Source of the DNA: Candidatus Jorgensenbacteria bacterium
GTDB lineage: Bacteria; Patescibacteriota; Minisyncoccia; UBA6257; GWB1-50-10
Direction of reading: 5' to 3'
Length of the DNA: 64,000 nt
Assembly (NCBI GenBank): GCA_011050075.1
Contig: DRGK01000017.1
Location: 39,838-103,837 of the forward strand
The notes below the pieces were generated by a model that did not search any database, was not told the origin of the DNA, and saw only the letters and a program-made list of their open reading frames with translations. Within the stretch, counting starts at the first letter, position 1; each line of letters starts with the position of its first letter. Positions 55,235 to 64,000 of the stretch are shown one piece after another. The position numbers and the translations under genes are program-made.

Positions 55235-55600
55235 ATGAAACTGGGGTCACAAAAATCAAAAGAGGGTCGTTTCTGGGCATCGTTGTTTGATTTTTCATTC
55301 AAGCACTTTGTTACCATTCGTATCTTTGTCATTATCTACTGGGCAAATATTATACTCGCTGGCGCACTTGGTGTATTGACGATTATTGGGGGTTTTCGAG
55401 ATTCTACCGGCTTAGGAATCCTCGCAGTCATCGTTGCACCACTTCTCTTCCTGGCATACATTCTATTCCTGCGCATCATACTTGAAGCGATTGCGATGCT
55501 CTTTCATATAGGCGATCATGTAAAAGCTATTGCTGAGCACTTAGAGCCAGGAACGAAACGGATAGAAGAGTACGAAGTATCAGACGTTGAAGACAAATAA
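55235..55600 (+). CDS. Small membrane protein, hypothetical
   Basis: 121 aa, 2-3 TM, acidic C-terminus. Confidence 0.45.
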   Translation: MKLGSQKSKEGRFWASLFDFSFKHFVTIRIFVIIYWANIILAGALGVLTIIGGFRDSTGLGILAVIVAPLLFLAYILFLRIILEAIAMLFHIGDHVKAIAEHLEPGTKRIEEYEVSDVEDK

Positions 55601-55623
55601 ATAAAAAGGATAAGGACAAATCT

Positions 55624-55649
55624 GAAAACCGCCTTTGAAGGCGGTTTTC
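55624..55649. terminator. Bidirectional terminator between convergent genes
   Basis: GAAAACCGCCTTtgAAGGCGGTTTTC. Confidence 0.7.
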
Positions 55650-55674
55650 AGAATCTAAACAGAAGAAATTTATC

Positions 55675-56463
55675 TTACCTTCTACCGCGACTACGCTCAC
55701 TATTATCATCACATTCACCCAGAGTATCCCCGTGATTGAGGTGAGTGTTCACTGAAGAAGCATTGACTGTTATTGTCTGAGAAGCGGACTGATTTCCGGA
55801 CGGGATATGACAAATAGTAACCGTCTTTCCTCCGTGCGCCACGGTAAGGATTATGTAATCAACCGCGGTGTCGTCCTGCACGTAGACATCAAGAGCATTG
55901 TCTGCGTTCATGAAGGAGATAATATTCGTATCGCCTTGCCCATCAGGAGACAGATTCGCGAGATTCAAATTAAAGGTCTGGTCGCTTCCTCCGATCCACG
56001 GCTGTCCGAATAAGGCGGTAAGCCCTAAACCCCAGGAACTGAAAGCGTCATTGATCCCCGTAAGCTCAAGATGAATGGCGTCGTTTGATACTAAACTACT
56101 GCCACCCGCGAACATACGAATCTCGAGTGTTGCTGCTTGAATGTCTTCGGGCAGGCCGGTAAATGTATGACCAAAGACCCTGTTGACGGCCTTATCGTCA
56201 AACTGTCTGTGAGGGAACAAGGCCCTGTTACCGCCGCCATATGGATCCATCTTAAGCAGAAGGTCGGCACTTGGCGAGGTTGGCTCGAATGGCGGGACAA
56301 AGTTGTCATCTATCCCGGCCGTAAAGACAGTAACGGTTCCAGTGTGCTGTCCTGCCTGCACTGTACTGAAAGCCGCCGCCGACAATACTACTATAAGCAT
56401 TAATCCAACTATGGTAGCTACTCGGTAAGTAGTAGAGAAATCTCTTGTTTTTTGTATATGCAT
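55675..56463 (-). CDS. Secreted hypothetical protein, GC-rich (~52%), probably horizontally acquired
   Basis: Signal anchor (VATIVGLMLIVVLSAAAFS); no known motifs; GC clearly above background; next to a foreign tRNA-Leu fragment. Confidence 0.45.
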   Translation of the reverse strand: MHIQKTRDFSTTYRVATIVGLMLIVVLSAAAFSTVQAGQHTGTVTVFTAGIDDNFVPPFEPTSPSADLLLKMDPYGGGNRALFPHRQFDDKAVNRVFGHTFTGLPEDIQAATLEIRMFAGGSSLVSNDAIHLELTGINDAFSSWGLGLTALFGQPWIGGSDQTFNLNLANLSPDGQGDTNIISFMNADNALDVYVQDDTAVDYIILTVAHGGKTVTICHIPSGNQSASQTITVNASSVNTHLNHGDTLGECDDNSERSRGRR

Positions 56464-56607
56464 GTTCTTTTAAGTAAAAATGATTATTTATTACTTATCG
56501 ACCTTTGACATAGACCTTATCGCAAATATGATTTGGATGTCAATGGATTAAAAAAATAGCCAAAAAATATAATTCTTGAATTTCTGCTTGCTTGACTTTT
56601 CCTAACT

Positions 56608-56666
56608 GGTGCCCGGGGTGGGACTCAAACCCATATGAACTTACGTCCACAGCATTTTGAGTGCCG
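56608..56666 (-). other. 3' fragment of a foreign tRNA-Leu(CAA)-like gene (anticodon stem to CCA), putative integration-site remnant
   Basis: Reverse complement CGGCA-CTCAAAA-TGCTG…ATGGGTTTGAGTCCCA CCCGGGC A CCA: anticodon arm, long variable arm, T-arm, 3' acceptor and an encoded CCA, but no matching 5' acceptor or D-arm; every intact tRNA in the window lacks an encoded CCA. Confidence 0.4.
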
Positions 56667-56751
56667 CGCATCCGCGCTCTTTTTTGTTGACAAAAACGCA
56701 TCTGCCACTATGCTACCAACAGTACTTTCACAACACATAAAGGAAGATTGT

Positions 56752-57384
56752 ATGGGACGCGTGAAACTTATTCTCTTTGACTGGAATGGTACATTGCTTA
56801 ATGACACGATGGCGGTGACGTGGCCGTCAGTCAAGGCACTCTTCGCTGATTTCAGTATTCCGCCTCCGGATATGTTAACCTTCATGAAAGAGGTTCAGGA
56901 AGCGGACGGTAACTATGTGGTACCCTTACGCTCCCGGGGAGCTGAAGTGTCCACGGAAGAGTTTCGGGAACGGTATGCCGATTATTATACAGAGCGCATG
57001 GAACATGCCCGATTGTTCAATGATGTTATACCAACATTCAATGAACTGGTATCAAAGGATGTACAACTCGGACTGGTAACGGCGCAGAGGTCACATCTCA
57101 TTAATCCGTTCCTGAAAAAATATGGTTTGATGCGGTATTTCTCTTGTCTTGAAACCGAGCAGGTGGACAAAACAGGGGCCATAAACTGGATTGTGGGTAT
57201 GAGTCATTTCCGGGCAGAAGAATGTTGGTATGTGGGAGATCAACCATCCGATGTACGATATGCACAGAAAGCGCAGGTGGTTTCAATCGCTTTATTAACC
57301 GATGGTATAGACGAGCATCTATTTGATGCGACTGAACCCGACTTTATCATACGTAAACTCGGAGAACTAATAGAGCTCATATAA
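56752..57384 (+). CDS. HAD-superfamily hydrolase
   Basis: Motif I LILFDWNGTLL; HAD core; start taken at MGRVKLILFDW (the longer ORF-track start overlaps the tRNA fragment). Confidence 0.65.
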   Translation: MGRVKLILFDWNGTLLNDTMAVTWPSVKALFADFSIPPPDMLTFMKEVQEADGNYVVPLRSRGAEVSTEEFRERYADYYTERMEHARLFNDVIPTFNELVSKDVQLGLVTAQRSHLINPFLKKYGLMRYFSCLETEQVDKTGAINWIVGMSHFRAEECWYVGDQPSDVRYAQKAQVVSIALLTDGIDEHLFDATEPDFIIRKLGELIELI

Positions 57385-57416
57385 AAAGAGAGGGTTTAAA
57401 ACCCTCTCTTTTCTTT
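57383..57416 (+). terminator. Rho-independent terminator
   Basis: AAAAAGAGAGGGTTTaaaACCCTCTCTTTTCTTT. Confidence 0.7.
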
Positions 57417-57445
57417 ATAGTATGCATATGGCATCATCAAAAAGA

Positions 57446-57529
57446 GCCGAGGTGGCGGAACTGGCAGACGCGCTGGACTCAAAATCCAGTGATGGCAACA
57501 TCGTGAGGGTTCGAGTCCCTCCCTCGGCA
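57446..57529 (+). tRNA. tRNA-Leu (anticodon CAA)
   Basis: GCCGAGGTGGCGGAACTGGCAGACGCG CTGGA-CTCAAAA-TCCAG long variable arm GAGGGTTCGAGTCCCTCCCTCGGCA. Confidence 0.8.
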
Positions 57530-57538
57530 CACACCATT

Positions 57539-58342
57539 ATGGCACGCGTTATTACTATATTTAATCAAAAGGGTGGGGTAGGGAAGACCACAACAGCAAT
57601 GAACCTCGCTGCATACTTAGCATTCCTTGGCAAGAAGACGCTCCTGATCGATTTCGACCCACAGTTCAATGCAAGTGTCGGTTTTGGCATTACGTACGAC
57701 CCGCGTCATGAAACCGTGTATCAGGCGCTGTTTAACAAACAACCGGTGGAACAGGTTGTGAAGCAAACATACCTCTCTAATCTGGACATCATTCCATCAT
57801 CCGCAGACCTCTCGGGGGCGCTTGTTGAATTAGTAAATGTTCCGAACCGAGAACGATTCCTGCGCGGACTTGTTGATAAGATACGCTCGTACTATGACTT
57901 CATTTTAATAGACATGGGACCGAGTCTAAATTTGCTCACCATTAACGGACTCATCGCTGCCGATGAAGTACTCATACCAGTACAGTGTGAGTACTATAGC
58001 TTGGAAGGACTCAACCAACTGCTTAAGACCATTGACCTTATTAAGAACAATATGGGACATCCACTAAAAATTGCCGGTGCATTACTGACAATGTATGACG
58101 AGCGTGAAGAGCTCTCACGCAACGTCGCACAGAAAATTCACGAGCGGTTCCCGCACTACATATACCGCACACGCATACCGCGTTCTACCAGCCTAGCCGA
58201 AGCACCAAGCTTAAAGCGTCCCATTATTCTCTATGACCCACAGGGATTAGGCGCGCAGGCATATGAAGCGCTGGCACGGGAGCTCATTAGTCAGGAACAA
58301 GCTGTACCGTTGTCCACAGATATGGATGACGAACCTGTTTGA
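57539..58342 (+). CDS. parA: Chromosome partitioning ATPase ParA/Soj
   Basis: MARVITIFNQKGGVGKTTT (deviant Walker A); start trimmed to exclude the upstream tRNA. Confidence 0.85.
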   Translation: MARVITIFNQKGGVGKTTTAMNLAAYLAFLGKKTLLIDFDPQFNASVGFGITYDPRHETVYQALFNKQPVEQVVKQTYLSNLDIIPSSADLSGALVELVNVPNRERFLRGLVDKIRSYYDFILIDMGPSLNLLTINGLIAADEVLIPVQCEYYSLEGLNQLLKTIDLIKNNMGHPLKIAGALLTMYDEREELSRNVAQKIHERFPHYIYRTRIPRSTSLAEAPSLKRPIILYDPQGLGAQAYEALARELISQEQAVPLSTDMDDEPV

Positions 58343-58669
58343 CATATACAGACGACACCATACTATGGTGTATAGTTCACGTTTAGTTACTCTCTTTGTT
58401 ATGTGTGTGGTTTAGCGGCCGCTGGAGCGCGCGTGTGATGAAAGGGTAGTTTGAATGGCGAACTCGTACGTACGTAATAACTAAGACAGGGAATCGTTGT
58501 GAGTGTTAAGGGTATCACTCTGTTCGATGATTCGGGGAGTTCTTTGCAAGGTATTTTTTTACCATGGTGACCCGAATTATACGAACATAGTGCACACTTA
58601 AAATATTCACAAAGGACCCTGTTTTAGTTTGCTCTCATTTTTAACAGTAATATCTGATACTATGTAGGA

Positions 58670-59560
58670 ATGGCATTAGGAGACGGTTTAGCTTCATTGA
58701 TTCCCTCGCAAAAACCGGAACAAAAACCGGAAAAGAATTTGTCTGAGGTAAGGAGAGATGATAATCAAGATGCGTTGGTTATTTTCCAGATTGAGATAGA
58801 AAAAATAACGCCAAATCCCTATCAACCACGTCACGTGTATCAAGACGAAGGGTTAGAGGGACTCGCACAGTCAATCCGAGAATTCGGCATCTCACAGCCG
58901 CTCATTGCCTCAAAAATTGAGGAAGAAATATCGGAAGGGACTCGCGTTACGTACCAGTTAATCTCAGGAGAACGCCGGCTCCGTGCCGCAAAACGTGCCG
59001 GTTTGGAGCGAGTACCGGTCATTATCAGAAATGTTGCCGCTGACAGAGATAAGCTTTCCATCGCACTCATTGAGAACATACAGCGTGAAGATCTCAATCC
59101 AATTGAAGCAGCGCGCGCATATGCACGTTTACAAGATGAGTTTCAACTGACACAGCGAGAAATAGCATCACGAATAGGAAAGAGCAGAGAAACAGTTGCA
59201 AATACGCTCCGCCTACTTAATTTGCCAACCCACATACAAGAGGCAGTTACCTCCCGAACCATCACCGAATCACAGGCGCGGACACTGCTCGCTATAGAGA
59301 ATCTTGCCGAACAGGAGCAGAAATTCCAACACATGCTCCATGGACGGAAAAAACCGCGCACCGCACGTTCAGTTCAAAAACAAAAAGCTGCCAGAACCAG
59401 AGAAGATGTGTTCTGGGAACAACAACTCGAGGAACGGCTCGAAACACCTGTACGGATACAACGTAAGGGAGAAAAAGGAAAAATAACCATATCATTTGAT
59501 TCACACGAACGATGGCAATCCCTACTTAATAAACTTCTCGACGAAGAAAGTATTGGTTAG
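58670..59560 (+). CDS. parB: Chromosome partitioning protein ParB/Spo0J
   Basis: ParB box …LISGERRLRAAKRAG…; HTH; ~296 aa. Confidence 0.85.
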   Translation: MALGDGLASLIPSQKPEQKPEKNLSEVRRDDNQDALVIFQIEIEKITPNPYQPRHVYQDEGLEGLAQSIREFGISQPLIASKIEEEISEGTRVTYQLISGERRLRAAKRAGLERVPVIIRNVAADRDKLSIALIENIQREDLNPIEAARAYARLQDEFQLTQREIASRIGKSRETVANTLRLLNLPTHIQEAVTSRTITESQARTLLAIENLAEQEQKFQHMLHGRKKPRTARSVQKQKAARTREDVFWEQQLEERLETPVRIQRKGEKGKITISFDSHERWQSLLNKLLDEESIG

Positions 59561-61017
59561 CGAGGGGCTCTACCTCTTTCCTTGAGTAAATTAATTTTAG
59601 CGCGCTGTGCTGCTTTAATGCGGTCACGCGCCATAGAAGTCTTTACAAAACCCAACCATGCCTCTGATGGCTGTTTTCCGTTTTGGGTAAGTATCTTTAC
59701 CACATCACCGGACTTTAAAATATGGTCAAGTGAAACATTTTGTTGATTCACTTTTGCACCAACACAAGAATCACCGACTTCACTGTGAATTCGGTACGCA
59801 AAATCAACCGGTGTTGCATCAATGGGAAGGTCAACAACATCGTTTTTTGGAGTAATAACAAAAATTTGGTCAGTAAAGAAATTCCTTTTAACTGATTCTA
59901 AGAAGTCTTCATAAGACTTAAACTGTTCTTGCCAGTTACTCAACTGACGCACCCACAGTAACTCACGTTCGTCCGGACGCACCGACTTACGCAAGAAATA
60001 ATCTTTCGTGCCCTTTGACTGTTGATATATCCAGTGCGCTGCGGCACCAAGCTCAGCCTCTTCGTGCATCTCATTTGTACGAATCTGAATTTCGGTTATC
60101 CTATCGTCAATACACCGAACGGTGGTATGTAAACTGCGATACCCGTTCAATTTTGGTCTTGCAATGTAGTCCTTAATACGCCCGGGCAACGGTTCCCAAT
60201 GTTCATGTATCGTACCAAGAACACTGTAACAATCCTCTACGGTATCCACGATAATGCGAAGCGCTACGAGATCGTATATTTTATCCAGGTCCATATCATA
60301 CCGCTGCAACTTTTTGTACAAGCTGGCATACCGCTTTGCTCGTGCATCAATATGAGACGGCACGATACTTTCGCGTTTCAAAATATCCAGTATGTGCGGT
60401 GTTAAGCTTTCTACATACCGCTGACGTTCTGCAAATTGCTCACTGACGGTTTTTCTCAACCACGCATTTTCTTTTGGGTATAAGTAGGGAAACGCAAGGT
60501 CCTTAAAATCACCGCCCAGCTTTTGCATACCAAGACGGTAGGCAAGTGGCGCATAGAGATCAAACGCTTTCTGTGCAATACGCTGCTGTTCGCTATCAGA
60601 TAGTGAACTGAGCGTATACATATCCTGCAATTTGTCGGCGAGCTTAATAAAGATAACGCGCAGGTCCTGACTGAGTGCTATCAATAATTTCCTAAAGTAC
60701 TCAGCTTGCTCACGCCTACCGCTATACGTGAGAGCTTTTAGACGGTGGAGACGGTCAACGAGAAATGCAATCTCTTCATTAAAATGCTCCTCAATATATT
60801 CCTGAGAAAAGTCTTCATTCTCAATATTATGCAGCAGTGACACGGCGATTGTTGGCTCATCCAGCTTCCAGTCATGCAGCAGCTCGGCAACTTTCAGGCA
60901 GTGAGAAAAATAGTCCTCACCACTTACGCGTATCTTGCCGTCATATGCCGTACGTGCAAACGCATATGCTCTATGTACCACGCTCTCTGGCGGATAGTGT
61001 GTTAGTAGCTTATTCAT
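59557..61017 (-). CDS. rel: Bifunctional (p)ppGpp synthetase/hydrolase of the RelA/SpoT family, short form (HD + synthetase + TGS, no ACT)
   Basis: HD domain (HCLKVAELLHD); synthetase motif RIKDYIARPKLNGYRSLHTTV; TGS-like C-terminus; 486 aa. Confidence 0.8.
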   Translation of the reverse strand: MNKLLTHYPPESVVHRAYAFARTAYDGKIRVSGEDYFSHCLKVAELLHDWKLDEPTIAVSLLHNIENEDFSQEYIEEHFNEEIAFLVDRLHRLKALTYSGRREQAEYFRKLLIALSQDLRVIFIKLADKLQDMYTLSSLSDSEQQRIAQKAFDLYAPLAYRLGMQKLGGDFKDLAFPYLYPKENAWLRKTVSEQFAERQRYVESLTPHILDILKRESIVPSHIDARAKRYASLYKKLQRYDMDLDKIYDLVALRIIVDTVEDCYSVLGTIHEHWEPLPGRIKDYIARPKLNGYRSLHTTVRCIDDRITEIQIRTNEMHEEAELGAAAHWIYQQSKGTKDYFLRKSVRPDERELLWVRQLSNWQEQFKSYEDFLESVKRNFFTDQIFVITPKNDVVDLPIDATPVDFAYRIHSEVGDSCVGAKVNQQNVSLDHILKSGDVVKILTQNGKQPSEAWLGFVKTSMARDRIKAAQRAKINLLKERGRAPR

Positions 61018-61152
61018 AAAACGGCTCTATTGTACCTAAATTTCCCCAATATTGCAAAGCGTATGAGCTATAACGGGGTTGACAGCAACCACTTCATCCA
61101 TATACTTAAGTGGCAGTAGCAACAAAAGGTCGTAAGTGCTACAAATACAAAT

Positions 61153-63110
<1,958 letters not shown>

Positions 63111-63126
63111 GAATACGTAATCTGCA

Positions 63127-63165
63127 AACACAAGAACGGCTCACCTCAGGTGAGCCGTTCTTGTG
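63127..63165 (+). terminator. Terminator hairpin after groEL (variant of the recurring AACGGCTCA…TGAGCCGTT element)
   Basis: ACACAAGAACGGCTCAcctcaggTGAGCCGTTCTTGTGT, 16-bp perfect stem. Confidence 0.65.
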
Positions 63166-63230
63166 TTGACGGTATATTTGTCCATTGATGATATTGGTGG
63201 TAGATTTATTAACAATAGATAAAAGAAATT

Positions 63231-64000
63231 ATGAAAGAATACTTAGCGGTCTTACAAGACATTCTGGATAACGGTATTGATAGAGATAACCGAACCGGTA
63301 TTCCATCTCGTGCGTTGTTTGGTAAACATGTAACTGTCGATTTACAAGATGGTTTTCCGGCAGTAACCACCAAAAAACTTGCGTTCAAGGCGATGAGAGC
63401 AGAGCTGATCTGGTTCTTGAGTGGAAGCAGGGATGAACGATATCTGGAACGACTCGGCGCCAAGATATGGAGAGCTAATGCGGAAGCGCCGTACTGGAAA
63501 CCAAAAGCGGAGTTTGAAGGCGATGTCGGTCGTATATATGGCGTTCAGTGGCGTTCGTGGAGAACACCGAATGGTGAAGAAATAGACCAAGTCGCGCGGC
63601 TCATAGATGGACTGAAAAATGATCCTTTTGACCGCCGTCATATCATCACCGCCTGGAATCCTGGCGAACTTGACCAAATGGCACTGCCCCCATGTCACTT
63701 GCTGTACCAGTTTCACGTTGACGATGAAAACGGACTGCATTTGACCATGTATCAGCGGAGCTGTGATATGTTTCTCGGCGTGCCGTTCAACATTGCATCG
63801 TGTGGCTTGTTCACATATATCATTGCCCAGATAGTGGGAATGACACCGAGAACGGTACAGATAACACTTGCCGATGCTCATATCTATCACAACCACTTTG
63901 ATGCAGTCCGAGAACAGTTGAGTCGGGAACCATTTACCCGTCCGCGTCTCTCAATAAGCTCTGACATCACCGATACGTTCGTACGAGAACTGAAGGATCG
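63231..64000 (+). CDS. thyA: Thymidylate synthase (ThyA), 3'-truncated by the window edge
   Basis: MKEYLAVLQDILDNGIDRDNRTGIPSRALFG…HIITAWNPGELDQMALPPCHLLYQFHV…; frame open to the window end. Confidence 0.9.
   Translation, partial: MKEYLAVLQDILDNGIDRDNRTGIPSRALFGKHVTVDLQDGFPAVTTKKLAFKAMRAELIWFLSGSRDERYLERLGAKIWRANAEAPYWKPKAEFEGDVGRIYGVQWRSWRTPNGEEIDQVARLIDGLKNDPFDRRHIITAWNPGELDQMALPPCHLLYQFHVDDENGLHLTMYQRSCDMFLGVPFNIASCGLFTYIIAQIVGMTPRTVQITLADAHIYHNHFDAVREQLSREPFTRPRLSISSDITDTFVRELKD

Noticed and set aside
57422-57538. N-terminal extension of ParA (MHMASSKRAEVAELADALDSKSS…)
   Set aside because: The extension is the tRNA-Leu(CAA) gene read as protein; ParA starts at the conserved MARVITIFNQKGGVGKTT.
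61018-61152. CIRCE (HrcA) operator upstream of groES
   Set aside because: A TTGACA-N16-TATACT promoter is present, but no TTAGCACTC-N9-GAGTGCTAA inverted repeat could be found.
63209-63896. ORFs 63209..63463 and 63342..63896 on the minus strand
   Set aside because: Antisense to the unmistakable thyA reading frame that continues to the window end.

Overview
This window reads as a low-GC (~40%) compact bacterial chromosome segment whose gene content and style suggest a Candidate Phyla Radiation / Patescibacteria-like organism; that assignment is inference only. Housekeeping genes cover a cell-wall pair (ftsI-murF), rmuC, corA, rarA, a cyclophilin, a small-alarmone-hydrolase-like HD protein plus a separate short Rel/SpoT, a CcdA/TlpA thiol-disulfide module, a zur-znuACB operon behind a textbook promoter, obg, tag, dnaX, ychF, lemA-htpX, a UPF0182 giant membrane protein, rplS, rpmG (missed by the ORF track), an archaeal-type pyrH, parAB, groES-groEL and a partial thyA. 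There are ten tRNA genes (Glu, Gln, Ser, Leu-GAG, Thr x2, Trp, Leu-CAA), none encoding CCA. The most interesting block runs from 25992 to 42461. It starts with a minimal type IV pilus operon: pilB, pilC, two pseudopilins sharing an identical long leader, a pilin-like protein fused to LVIVD repeats, and a stand-alone major pilin. Directly downstream sits a cluster of secreted and surface proteins: two paralogous secreted proteins, a CARDB-like protein with a poly-lysine tail, a protein ending in a clear dockerin repeat pair, two membrane-anchored cohesin-like proteins, and a small paralog of their cytoplasmic tail. Together these look like an undescribed non-cellulosomal cohesin-dockerin surface docking system coupled to the pilus. 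Other notable points are foreign-looking GC-rich genes next to tRNA 3'-end duplications or fragments (att-site-like remnants), an AT-rich AbiEii-like nucleotidyltransferase pair plus HD protein, a 595-aa cysteine-rich protein with paired terminal zinc ribbons, a cfa gene remnant, repeated terminator-promoter cassettes, a candidate metallothionein-like small ORF beside corA, and several strong intrinsic terminators.
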